DNA of 64,000 nt, taken from the sequence record MT129652.1; one strand, given 5' to 3'. The notes under the pieces are model-generated. The model was not told the origin of the DNA. It saw only the letters and a list, made by a program, of their open reading frames with translations, and did no database searches. The position numbers were made by a program, and so were the translations under genes. This DNA is from Escherichia phage MN01. Shown piece by piece: positions 9,359 through 17,744 of the stretch. How positions within the stretch are numbered: position 1 is the stretch's first letter; each line of letters begins with the position of its first letter.

Positions 9359-9828
9359 TTACCCAGTATATTAAGGGCGATATCGTCGCCCTCTTTCTTC
9401 AAGGCAATATTATTGCACATGGTTGCAACTGCTTCCACACAATGGGTTCTGGCGTAGCTGGACAGTTGGCGAAGGCTTATCCAAAAGTTTTAGAAATAGA
9501 TAAAACCACTACTGAATACGGTTCCAGAGAAAAACTCGGTGATATGTCTATTGTTTTTAAACATAAACCTATTGGGTTTGGTATGTGCTATAATTTGTAC
9601 ACCCAATATGAACCGGGCCCTAATCTTGATTATGGTGCTTTAGTAAATTGTATGATAGAATTAAATCTACAGGCAGAAACCCTTTTGTTTAAACCTGTAA
9701 TTTATATTCCTCGTATTGGTTGTGGTATTGCCGGTGGGGATTGGGAAAAGGTCTCTGTATTAATTGACATGTTTACTCCTGACATTGATTTAATAGTGGT
9801 GGATTATGAGCCAAGCTCGAATTCTTAA
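9355..9828 (+). CDS. macro-domain (ADP-ribose binding/hydrolase) protein
   Basis: IAHGCNCFHTMGSGVAGQLAKAYP and IPRIGCGIAGGDW resemble macro-domain signatures. Confidence 0.6.
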   Translation: MITQYIKGDIVALFLQGNIIAHGCNCFHTMGSGVAGQLAKAYPKVLEIDKTTTEYGSREKLGDMSIVFKHKPIGFGMCYNLYTQYEPGPNLDYGALVNCMIELNLQAETLLFKPVIYIPRIGCGIAGGDWEKVSVLIDMFTPDIDLIVVDYEPSSNS

Positions 9829-10012
9829 AACGGCCAAATGTGAAAAATGCGAATGGCCAGTAATCGCAGCTTTATGCAACGATGAAATGAATTGCGAATA
9901 TGATTACTGGTGGTACTGTTCTAATAAAGGATGTTCTAATCATAAGGGTGAAGGTTTTCATTCTGGTTATTGCGAACATCCTAAATTTGTGCGATATGGT
10001 GAACCGAAATGA
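9806..10012 (+). CDS. Cys-rich small protein (probable Zn-binding)
   Basis: CEKCE...C..C...CSNKGCSNH...C pattern. Confidence 0.5.
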   Translation: MSQARILKTAKCEKCEWPVIAALCNDEMNCEYDYWWYCSNKGCSNHKGEGFHSGYCEHPKFVRYGEPK

Positions 10013-10194
10013 GTTTAAGTATTAGTCAGAAAAGTAGATTATTTGAGCTTATTCATGAGCTTTTGGATGAGCATGCAGAAGCAAACGCTTTTTACGATGA
10101 ATATGGCCCGATAGATGCCGAACATCAGGAAGAATTTGCTAATCGATTTGATGAGAAAGAAAACGAATTAATAGCTTATGTGAATACACTTTAA
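10009..10194 (+). CDS. hypothetical acidic protein (61 aa)
   Basis: ATGA overlap. Confidence 0.5.
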   Translation: MSLSISQKSRLFELIHELLDEHAEANAFYDEYGPIDAEHQEEFANRFDEKENELIAYVNTL

Positions 10195-10203
10195 GAAGGT
10201 GAT

Positions 10204-10776
10204 ATGGCGAGTTTAATTTATCATTACGCAGCAATGAATGCAGGCAAAACAGCTTCATTGCTGACTGCAGCTTATTCCTATAAAGAGCGTGGAATGAGTG
10301 TGCTTTTGCTAAAACCTGTTATTGATAATCGGGACTCGGAATCTGAAATTAAATCACGCATCGGTATTAGCCAGGAAGCAAACCTGGTAACGGCCGACAT
10401 GAACCTGTTTGAATTCTATAAATGGGCCGAGTCTCAAAAGGATATCCATTGTGTCCTGGTCGATGAAGCTCAATTTTTGTTACCAGAGCAAATTGACCAG
10501 TTAGCTCAAGTGGTTGATAATTACAATATCCCCGTTATGTGTTACGGGCTAAGAACAGATTTTCGGGGCCAATTATTTCCCGGTTCGGCCAGACTTCTGG
10601 CTATTTCAGATAAACTGGTTGAATTAAAAGGCGTCTGTCATTGCGGCCGGAAAGCAACCATGACCGCTCGAGTAATCGACGGTGCTGCTGTAAAGGACGG
10701 CGAGCAAGTATTGGTCGGTGGGAATGAATCGTACGTATCTTTATGCAGAAAACATTGGCTCGAATTAACAAGCTGA
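10204..10776 (+). CDS. tk: thymidine kinase
   Basis: MASLIYHYAAMNAGKTASLL..VDEAQF..CHCGRKA..SLCRKHW matches T4 Tk. Confidence 0.96.
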   Translation: MASLIYHYAAMNAGKTASLLTAAYSYKERGMSVLLLKPVIDNRDSESEIKSRIGISQEANLVTADMNLFEFYKWAESQKDIHCVLVDEAQFLLPEQIDQLAQVVDNYNIPVMCYGLRTDFRGQLFPGSARLLAISDKLVELKGVCHCGRKATMTARVIDGAAVKDGEQVLVGGNESYVSLCRKHWLELTS

Positions 10777-10783
10777 GGTTCGC

Positions 10784-11059
10784 ATGGTATACAAGGTTTG
10801 GACGTATATCTCTATTTTGATATTTCTGGTTCTGGTTTTTGTTCCTATGCAACAGGACCAGGAAAGGTATGAGCGCGAAGTCGAAATCGTGGCAAGTACC
10901 TATCACTCGTTCAATAAAGAGTGTCCTAATAAAAATGGAATAAGCCTGCAACAAGCATACTATTTGTCAACGGTCACCAGTCCAAAACAACGGGTCTGGG
11001 TCGAACGTAATTTTGCAAGTTTATTTTCAGAGTACTGCTTTAATTTTAAACGTTTATAA
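10784..11059 (+). CDS. membrane protein (91 aa)
   Basis: SD GAGGT; N-terminal TM WTYISILIFLVLVFV. Confidence 0.55.
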   Translation: MVYKVWTYISILIFLVLVFVPMQQDQERYEREVEIVASTYHSFNKECPNKNGISLQQAYYLSTVTSPKQRVWVERNFASLFSEYCFNFKRL

Positions 11060-11062
11060 ATA
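11055..11062 (+). promoter_or_regulatory. late promoter TATAAATA upstream of rI
   Basis: Exact 8-mer. Confidence 0.6.
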
Positions 11063-11131
11063 CAGTTGCTAACTAGTATTCCGCTATGTTAAGGCTGCAA
11101 AGCGTAATCATGACCAACAATAGGAGTCCTT

Positions 11132-11425
11132 ATGGACCTTATTCGAGGACTTTCATTAAGTCTAATAATCCTGGGCTGTTTAGGTCCAAATCTGTCCTCT
11201 GCAGCAGAGGGGAAGTTTACCCAATATGCAGATAGTGCGATGAAGATTTATTCGCAATTCAAAGAACCAAGCGTACATCAATCCGAACAGTTCTGGGCAT
11301 TTATCAAGACTGAATGGAACAACAAAAGCCAATGCGAAACCGAAATCACCTGCAAAAGCGATGGTAAAGCTGCGGCGAGAGAGTATGCTAAATTAATGAA
11401 GGTAAAATTGGAAGATGAAATTTGA
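11132..11425 (+). CDS. rI: RI antiholin (lysis inhibition)
   Basis: 97 aa; N-terminal signal/SAR; SEQFWAFIKTEW..C..C..AREYAKLMKVKLEDE parallels T4 RI. Confidence 0.75.
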   Translation: MDLIRGLSLSLIILGCLGPNLSSAAEGKFTQYADSAMKIYSQFKEPSVHQSEQFWAFIKTEWNNKSQCETEITCKSDGKAAAREYAKLMKVKLEDEI

Positions 11426-11798
11426 TGATTTCGTAACGGGTCGTGGGTCTGAGGTGGATTCATACATTGGGTGGTTGTTAGTCTCTTTGGCTTATTTTAA
11501 GTCTGCCCATCTTGAAACCAAAAGTTACGCCCGCCATAAAGCTTATGATTTCTACTTCACAGAAATCCAAGGTCCACTCGACCAGTTCAGTGAGCAATGG
11601 TTAGGTTACAGCGGGAAACAATACAAAGCTGCATTACCGTCCGCCTCGGACTTGCCGAAAGATACAATTTTGTTTTTAGATGAAATGATTAAAAGCTCGG
11701 AAAGAGTCTATAAAGTTGTACCCAAGGCTATTCAATCGACTCTGGACGATATCGTTGGAGTTTTCTTTCAGACTAAGTATCTGTTAACACTAGAGTAA
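11415..11798 (+). CDS. hypothetical protein (rI.-1 slot)
   Basis: 127 aa, overlaps the rI 3' end; assignment by position. Confidence 0.55.
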   Translation: MKFDDFVTGRGSEVDSYIGWLLVSLAYFKSAHLETKSYARHKAYDFYFTEIQGPLDQFSEQWLGYSGKQYKAALPSASDLPKDTILFLDEMIKSSERVYKVVPKAIQSTLDDIVGVFFQTKYLLTLE

Positions 11799-11801
11799 TT
11801 C

Positions 11802-11831
11802 AAAAGGTCTGCCTTCGGGTGGACCTTTTTT
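11802..11831 (+). terminator. rho-independent terminator
   Basis: GGTCTGCC-TTCG-GGTGGACC followed by T6. Confidence 0.75.
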
Positions 11832-11841
11832 CATTTAGGGG

Positions 11842-11871
11842 GTTTACATCCTCATAAAAAGGGTGTACTAT
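11842..11871 (+). promoter_or_regulatory. early promoter GTTTAC-N18-TACTAT
   Basis: Followed by leader TATCCCATCAACTACTGAGGAG. Confidence 0.5.
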
Positions 11872-11899
11872 TATCCCATCAACTACTGAGGAGAACACA

Positions 11900-12103
11900 A
11901 TGAGAATTAAAAATATTAAGATTGATGCAGTTAATACTGGTGATGAGGTTGTTATCTATCTTAATGATTATGCAATCTTTATGGACAGTGCCACTGATGA
12001 AGAAGTGGTTGAACTCTTACAGAAAGCTCCATTTGAACTGTGTGAAGAAGATGCTACTCATCTTTCATCAGCAATTTTCTCATTATCATATGTGGTGGAA
12101 TAA
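11900..12103 (+). CDS. hypothetical acidic protein (67 aa)
   Basis: SD GAGGAG. Confidence 0.55.
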   Translation: MRIKNIKIDAVNTGDEVVIYLNDYAIFMDSATDEEVVELLQKAPFELCEEDATHLSSAIFSLSYVVE

Positions 12104-12339
12104 TGAAACTTACAAATACCATGGTTTCATTGGAATATGAAACCAATAATCATATTCTTGAAATTAAGATATTTGATGACGGAAGCATATTTGCTGATTA
12201 CCGCGGATATAGAATTCGTCTGGAAAAGGACGAGCTCAAAGAGCCATGGCTCCTTAAAGACACTTTAAAGGGTTGTGGGTGTAAGCTGAAGACCACTCAA
12301 GCCCAAGAATTAATTTCTACCATCAAAAAATACTGGTGA
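12103..12339 (+). CDS. hypothetical protein (78 aa)
   Basis: TAATG coupling. Confidence 0.55.
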   Translation: MKLTNTMVSLEYETNNHILEIKIFDDGSIFADYRGYRIRLEKDELKEPWLLKDTLKGCGCKLKTTQAQELISTIKKYW

Positions 12340-12343
12340 TATT

Positions 12344-12526
12344 ATGTTAACTACTGAACAGATTGAACAAATCCTTAAACTTGCTACTGCTATTGAACGC
12401 GATTCTTATGATAGTGCAGTAGAACATTGTGAAGGCTATTCATATTCCGGAATAGAGCAGTGTAAACGAGATTTAGCGAATTCTAAAGCAGCATTGGTTG
12501 AGTATCTGAATGAGTTGAAAGAATAA
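12344..12526 (+). CDS. hypothetical protein (60 aa)
   Basis: SD GGTGA. Confidence 0.5.
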   Translation: MLTTEQIEQILKLATAIERDSYDSAVEHCEGYSYSGIEQCKRDLANSKAALVEYLNELKE

Positions 12527-12783
12527 TGGCTGTTGGATTTGCAAAAGATGGTGCTGAACAGTTAGAGATGGAAGCGGTTGTACAAGCCGCTATCATCCAT
12601 GCGAGAGCACAGGTTACAGTTGAAAGGGAGTCTGCTGAATTCTGCTTTGACTGCGACGAAAAAATTCCTGAAGCGCGGAGACAAGCGATTAAAGGTGTGA
12701 TATATTGTGTTGGTTGTCAATCAATGCATGATGAAATTTTTAAACGTGAGCCACGTAACTGCTGGCATAGGAGCATGAGATGA
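12526..12783 (+). CDS. DksA/TraR-family C4 zinc-finger protein
   Basis: CFDCDEKIPEARRQAIKGVIYCVGC (CxxC-N17-CxxC). Confidence 0.7.
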   Translation: MAVGFAKDGAEQLEMEAVVQAAIIHARAQVTVERESAEFCFDCDEKIPEARRQAIKGVIYCVGCQSMHDEIFKREPRNCWHRSMR

Positions 12784-12875
12784 TTTACTATCTTGAACCT
12801 TGGGCTTGGCTTACAATGCTTATTGGTCCAGTTTTAATAGGTTTATTCTTTTCATGGTTAGCGAGGAAACTGTAA
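12780..12875 (+). CDS. 31-aa single-TM micro-protein
   Basis: MIYYLEPWAWLTMLIGPVLIGLFFSWLARKL; coupled at both ends (ATGAGATGA, TAATG). Confidence 0.4.
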   Translation: MIYYLEPWAWLTMLIGPVLIGLFFSWLARKL

Positions 12876-13072
12876 TGTTATACGACCCAAGTGGTAATTC
12901 TGAAGACGGTATTATTGTCCTTTTGGCAGATGTTGAAGAGTCTGACGATGACATTTTTGTTAAAGATTGGGAAGAAAAAGGCGGAATAACAATCCAGCAA
13001 GAAAATGATATGATTTGTCTGAATGCGAGCCAAGTCGAAGAACTGTACAGTATTTTAAAACACAACCGTTGA
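12875..13072 (+). CDS. hypothetical acidic protein (65 aa)
   Basis: ATG 12875 behind SD GAGGA. Confidence 0.5.
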   Translation: MLYDPSGNSEDGIIVLLADVEESDDDIFVKDWEEKGGITIQQENDMICLNASQVEELYSILKHNR

Positions 13073-13082
13073 GGAACAGAAA

Positions 13083-13643
13083 ATGATTATTGAAACAACT
13101 GAATTGTTTGGCGAACTGACCGCTGAAGTAGTTAATAATGCAATTGAGCTTTGTCAAGAAGACGATAAAATCGTACTGACTATCCAAGATATTAAACCAC
13201 TTTATGATTTAAAGGTTTTGGATAAAGATGAATATCTTAGCGGTAGTTTTAGTGGTGTATTTGATATTAACGATGATGTATGTGCTCGCATTTATAAGAA
13301 CGATGGCGGGTTTAATATTGAAACAGATGAAAAATGCCTGAGCATTAGTAATTCTGATAAATTCTTTAAATGTATTTTCAAACTGTTCCAGGAAGAATGC
13401 AAGCCAGAAGTCGAATGGAAAGTCCCTGGACAAGATGCACTGATTCGCTCTAGTGAAACCTTTGACGGTGACGAAGAGGAATTGAATTATAATACCGAAC
13501 TGACTGTTGTTCAACATGACGGTCGTGACCAACTATGTATTACCCAAGTACACGATGGTTTTAATGAAGTGGTATTTACTAAAGACGAGCTAAAAGTTTT
13601 AGTCTCTTATCTGAACTCTGTTATCCCAACTATGAACTCTTAA
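13083..13643 (+). CDS. hypothetical acidic protein (186 aa)
   Basis: SD GAGGA. Confidence 0.6.
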   Translation: MIIETTELFGELTAEVVNNAIELCQEDDKIVLTIQDIKPLYDLKVLDKDEYLSGSFSGVFDINDDVCARIYKNDGGFNIETDEKCLSISNSDKFFKCIFKLFQEECKPEVEWKVPGQDALIRSSETFDGDEEELNYNTELTVVQHDGRDQLCITQVHDGFNEVVFTKDELKVLVSYLNSVIPTMNS

Positions 13644-13653
13644 GGAAAATATT

Positions 13654-14106
13654 ATGATTATCAATTCAAACTCTTGGCACGTTAAATTACACGACCGTTT
13701 TTATGACCGTCATTCTCGACCACACTCTTTGTGTGCTTATTTCTGGAAAATGATTTGGGCTTGTTTTGCTTGTGCTATTGTTGCAGGTAGTACGCTTTTT
13801 GGATTAACTGTTGCAGGCGCTGGTGTATTAGAACATTTCTTTGTATTAAGTACTCCTGTTCTGTTGAGTCTAGGGTTTGTTTTAGGGTTGGCTGCAATAG
13901 CTCTTATTATTGCGCTATCCATTGGTTTGGCATTAGGTGCGATGAATTTACACGCATGGTATGATGCACGTATAGAAGAAAAGGAATGGCAACGTATTCA
14001 AGCTGAGCGGGAAGGCCGAGAAATTAAAGAAAATATCGTTATTCAATACATTAAAGCTCGTAAATCTAAGATGTGCCCGGTAATCCATTTTGAGGCGAAG
14101 AAATGA
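13654..14106 (+). CDS. membrane protein (150 aa, 3 TM)
   Basis: SD AAGGA; long hydrophobic core. Confidence 0.6.
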   Translation: MIINSNSWHVKLHDRFYDRHSRPHSLCAYFWKMIWACFACAIVAGSTLFGLTVAGAGVLEHFFVLSTPVLLSLGFVLGLAAIALIIALSIGLALGAMNLHAWYDARIEEKEWQRIQAEREGREIKENIVIQYIKARKSKMCPVIHFEAKK

Positions 14107-15113
14107 GAACAGTTATGAAAGGCTACTTCGGTAGCCATCTTTATGGGACAAGTACTCCGGAATCTGATGTCGATTTTAAAGAAATCTTTGTTCCTCATCC
14201 GCGAGATATCCTGCTCGGAACCGCGATGAACCATACCAACCTGAACACAAATAACACGGCTACCAAAAATACAAAAGATGATGTTGACCATGAACTTTAT
14301 AGCCTGAAATATTTCTTTAAACTGGCAGCCGAAGGTGAAACCGTTGCCCTGGATATGATTCACACACCGGCTGACCTGGTAGTCAAATCCGATTTACCAG
14401 ATGTATGGAAGTTTATTCAAGACAACCGTTCGCGGTTCTATACAACTAACATGAAAGCCTATTTGGGGTATGTCCGTAAGCAAGCTTCCAAATATGGTGT
14501 TAAAGGTTCTCGATTGGCTGCACTGCGTGGTGTACTGGCAATCGTTAACCAGATTCCTGAACAGTGGGTCGACTATCAAGAAGGAATCCCTGATAAACTT
14601 CGTCGTACTAAGGTAGAAGATATCAAACATCGACTTCCTGAAAACGAGTTCTGTGAATGGGTATTCCATAACCATGAGAAAACAGGTCCTCAAACGTTCT
14701 ATACTGTCCTCGGACGTAAGTACCAAACTACTCTGTCATTGGTCGAGCTTAAGCAATCTCTGAATAAACTTGATGCCGAATATGGCGAACGTGCTCGTAA
14801 GGCTGAAGCTAATGAAGGTATTGACTGGAAAGCACTGAGCCATGCATATCGTGCAGGGTATCAATTGATGGAAATCTACCAAACAGGTGACTTGGTATTC
14901 CCATTGCGTGAAGCCTCTATCATTAAGCTGATTAAAGCTGGTGAATTACCATTTAAAGAAGTTCAAGAACTTCTTGAAGATACTGTCGATTTAGTTGAAG
15001 TTCTGGCCATCCAGGCTGCTAAGAATGGTATGCCTGCGAAGGTGGACATGAAGTTCTGGGACAAGTTTGTTGAAGAGGTATACCTTGACAACCACAATTC
15101 CTATTATCGTTAA
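14103..15113 (+). CDS. Pol-beta-superfamily nucleotidyltransferase
   Basis: Canonical FGSHLYGTSTPESDVDF (GS-x11-DxD). Confidence 0.75.
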   Translation: MRTVMKGYFGSHLYGTSTPESDVDFKEIFVPHPRDILLGTAMNHTNLNTNNTATKNTKDDVDHELYSLKYFFKLAAEGETVALDMIHTPADLVVKSDLPDVWKFIQDNRSRFYTTNMKAYLGYVRKQASKYGVKGSRLAALRGVLAIVNQIPEQWVDYQEGIPDKLRRTKVEDIKHRLPENEFCEWVFHNHEKTGPQTFYTVLGRKYQTTLSLVELKQSLNKLDAEYGERARKAEANEGIDWKALSHAYRAGYQLMEIYQTGDLVFPLREASIIKLIKAGELPFKEVQELLEDTVDLVEVLAIQAAKNGMPAKVDMKFWDKFVEEVYLDNHNSYYR

Positions 15114-15307
15114 CAAAGAAATCAAGGTCTTCTTATCATACGGAAGACCTCATAAAGGCCGCCGATGGTATCTCGAAGCAGTCTGTCGAGAAACTGGTCG
15201 TCGAATCAATATCAAGTACACATGCAAACCAACACCCAAGCAAACTCGCAGGTTTGCTAATTGGGCTATCAATAATATCAGATTCCATAATTTTTGGAGT
15301 GCAATCT

Positions 15308-15331
15308 AAGGACCCTTCGGGGTCCTTTTTT
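15308..15331 (+). terminator. rho-independent terminator
   Basis: AAGGACCC-TTCG-GGGTCCTT plus T-run. Confidence 0.8.
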
Positions 15332-15341
15332 ATTTTAAAGG

Positions 15342-15371
15342 TGTACAAACTTGTCTCTGTTGATGCATAAT
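15342..15371 (+). promoter_or_regulatory. early promoter TGTACA-N18-CATAAT
   Basis: Read directly. Confidence 0.5.
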
Positions 15372-15393
15372 GAATTTTTACTAAGGAGCCATT

Positions 15394-15570
15394 ATGAATC
15401 ATATGAGACCTCGCGTATCCAAACAAACGCGAGAAGAAGCGATTGAACATTTTAAACGCCATCATGGAAGTCAATCATGCGAGGTGATTGTTGGTATCGA
15501 CATAGAAAAGATGAAGGAAACTGCCAAGCACTACCAGGGCAGGATTGATATTAAAAATTATATAAAGTAG
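15394..15570 (+). CDS. hypothetical basic protein (58 aa)
   Basis: SD AAGGAG 5 nt upstream; not in the ORF track (<60 aa). Confidence 0.5.
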   Translation: MNHMRPRVSKQTREEAIEHFKRHHGSQSCEVIVGIDIEKMKETAKHYQGRIDIKNYIK

Positions 15571-15642
15571 TGTACATCAGTATGGGGATAGACGTATAAT
15601 GTTCCCATACTGAGTTACCAAATAAAAACGGAGAATAAAATG
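15570..15642 (+). repeat. promoter-leader cassette, direct repeat copy A
   Basis: About 90% identical to 16158-16226; contains TGTACA-N18-TATAAT and hairpin 15579-15611. Confidence 0.85.
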
Positions 15643-15846
15643 TTAGAATTAATCAAAGCTGCTGGTGAAAAAGGTCTGATGGTTAACACTCGTGACCCTG
15701 AACAACGTCAAGCATTTGGTGAGTTAAAAGCTAAAGGTCTGGTTAAAGCATCCCTTGGTATTGGTAATGCTTTGCGTGTGACTTTGACCCCTGCTGGTAA
15801 AGCAATGTTCTTCCCTAAACCATTACCAAAACGTCGTCGCAAGTGA
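15640..15846 (+). CDS. winged-helix-like small protein with basic tail
   Basis: L..I...G..G......F.EL...GLV......V.LT..G pattern; ends KPLPKRRRK. Confidence 0.55.
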   Translation: MLELIKAAGEKGLMVNTRDPEQRQAFGELKAKGLVKASLGIGNALRVTLTPAGKAMFFPKPLPKRRRK

Positions 15847-15852
15847 GGAATT

Positions 15853-16155
15853 ATGAAAAAGTATGAACTTGACATGATTGACGCATGTCTGAAATCTGCT
15901 GACCATTTTAAGTTGAAAATGCACAAGTTAAGAGGAATGGTCAAAACTCCAGAAGAGAAGAAGCGTTATGCTCTGAAGGAGAAATGTAAAGCTCTTATCA
16001 TGATGGATAAGATGCAAATGGTCGCCGCAGAAGCTCACAGAACACGTAAAGCTGAGGCCCTTGGTGTTTATATGGCGGAGCAGCTCCATCGCGCCCAGCA
16101 AGCCGTTAAGAGCGTCTGGTTCAGCGGTGAAAATACTGAAAGAACTTTTAATTAA
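15853..16155 (+). CDS. hypothetical protein (100 aa)
   Basis: SD GAGGA. Confidence 0.55.
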   Translation: MKKYELDMIDACLKSADHFKLKMHKLRGMVKTPEEKKRYALKEKCKALIMMDKMQMVAAEAHRTRKAEALGVYMAEQLHRAQQAVKSVWFSGENTERTFN

Positions 16156-16157
16156 AT

Positions 16158-16226
16158 GTGTACATAGTATGGGGATAGACGTATAATGTTCCCATACTGA
16201 GTTACCAAATACTGGAGAATAAAATG
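16158..16226 (+). repeat. promoter-leader cassette, direct repeat copy B
   Basis: TGTACA 16159-16164, TATAAT 16182-16187, leader CCCATACTGAGTTACCAAAT. Confidence 0.85.
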
Positions 16227-16748
16227 GAAGCCAAATCAATCTTTAATCTGATTAATTACAATAATGGTAATTTTAAATCAGAAGCACAAAGCAAGTTCTT
16301 TAATGATGTTGCTTGTGCAGGTGAGATTACAGTATCAGGTGGCCAAACTTATAAAAACGCCTGGAACTGGATTGTGACTGTTGATTCAGTTGGTATTGTT
16401 GATGTGTATAAAAACACCAATAAAAACCGCTCTTTGTTCTGGTCAAGAGAGACTAATGCTGAGTATCAGGCAACAAGAGCAAAGAAAAATATGCCTACTG
16501 AATCTGATGTACAAAACATCAAATCAGATATCCAGTATTATGATGGTCTGATTGCTGAACAACAAGCGGTGCTTGATAAGTTCAATGAAATCAAAGCATG
16601 CAAAGAAATTCCTGAATTCATGCGGGAATCAGTTAATGAACAATACAATCTCACTTCAGAGCGTATTGAAACCTATACCAAACAAAGAGCAGAGCGCCAG
16701 GTACTCCTTCAGAAGTTTGAAGAGCGTTTAAAGACGGTTCTCGCATAA
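16224..16748 (+). CDS. hypothetical early protein with C-terminal coiled coil
   Basis: Ends ...QRAERQVLLQKFEERLKTVLA. Confidence 0.6.
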   Translation: MEAKSIFNLINYNNGNFKSEAQSKFFNDVACAGEITVSGGQTYKNAWNWIVTVDSVGIVDVYKNTNKNRSLFWSRETNAEYQATRAKKNMPTESDVQNIKSDIQYYDGLIAEQQAVLDKFNEIKACKEIPEFMRESVNEQYNLTSERIETYTKQRAERQVLLQKFEERLKTVLA

Positions 16749-16749
16749 A

Positions 16750-16774
16750 CGCTTTATACCAAGGATGGTATAAT
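16750..16774 (+). promoter_or_regulatory. MotA-box middle promoter CGCTTTA-N12-TATAAT
   Basis: Box and spacing fit the T4 middle-promoter rule. Confidence 0.5.
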
Positions 16775-16811
16775 GGTTCTGACCTTTGATTAATCTATTG
16801 AGGAAATTATT

Positions 16812-17660
16812 ATGTCACAAGCAATTAATGAAATTCGTTCTGAAGTTAAAAAAGCTATTAAATTTGGTCGTATTCCAAGCACCAAAGATGTGGTTTTAAA
16901 TGTTCTATATATGATGTGGAATAAGTTCAATGTTTGTACTAATTCCGCTGAATTCACTAAAATCTTTGAAAAGACCACTGGCCTTCTTACATTAGAAGAC
17001 CGAGTCATGAAAACTCTTCATCGTTCAGGTATGTTGTCTCGTGCTAATGCCAAAATTTTACTTAAAAATTATAACAAAGGCTATGACCTTTATGGTCGTG
17101 CGATTAGCACCATGACGTTTGATGAAGTGGTTAAAGACCTTTGGAAAAACCAGCGTCGTTTACTGGCATTAGGTGCTCGTTTAGCAAGCGGTCAAGATAA
17201 ACAAATGACCTTTAAAACCAATAATTCTTTAGATTATAAACTATTTAATGTTATTAAAGGTCAAAAAGAAGGCGAATACAGTATTTCTTCTTTTAGTGGC
17301 TGCCAATATGATAATTGGAAGTTCCATCTTCGTTTAGCATTGTCTGAACTGGAATGCCAGGGTGTTCTTACCTTTTATGATGTTCAAACTGGAGGTGTCC
17401 AGCGTATTAAATTATGTCAAATTAAAGACCAAGTTGAAGTCGAGAGCCCCATTGAACAAGCTCCTAAAATGGAACCTGTTCCAGTGCGAAGCAATGAAAA
17501 ATATTCAGAGCAAATTGAGCTTTTCACTAAACAGATTGAAGAGCTTAATATCACCATCCAGCAACAAGATGATGAAATTTTCCGTCTGGCGGGACTGAAT
17601 AACGCGGCGAAAGCCGAACGTCAGAAACTGATGAACGTTATTGAATTGCTTAAGGATTAA
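16812..17660 (+). CDS. hypothetical early protein (282 aa) with C-terminal coiled coil
   Basis: Ends ...AKAERQKLMNVIELLKD. Confidence 0.65.
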   Translation: MSQAINEIRSEVKKAIKFGRIPSTKDVVLNVLYMMWNKFNVCTNSAEFTKIFEKTTGLLTLEDRVMKTLHRSGMLSRANAKILLKNYNKGYDLYGRAISTMTFDEVVKDLWKNQRRLLALGARLASGQDKQMTFKTNNSLDYKLFNVIKGQKEGEYSISSFSGCQYDNWKFHLRLALSELECQGVLTFYDVQTGGVQRIKLCQIKDQVEVESPIEQAPKMEPVPVRSNEKYSEQIELFTKQIEELNITIQQQDDEIFRLAGLNNAAKAERQKLMNVIELLKD

Positions 17661-17662
17661 TA

Positions 17663-17743
17663 ATGGAATGGCTTGCTGTTCTTGGTTATGTAATCGTCGC
17701 CACAGGTATTCTGTGGCTTATATTCTCAAATATTGTAGGTTAA
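17663..17743 (+). CDS. 26-aa single-TM micro-protein
   Basis: MEWLAVLGYVIVATGILWLIFSNIVG between TAATAATG and TAATATG junctions. Confidence 0.4.
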   Translation: MEWLAVLGYVIVATGILWLIFSNIVG

Positions 17744-17744
17744 T

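Noticed and set aside
15136-15474. 112-aa minus-strand ORF
   Set aside because: It crosses the terminator at 15308-15331 and the promoter at 15342-15371 and overlaps the SD-preceded + strand ORF at 15394.
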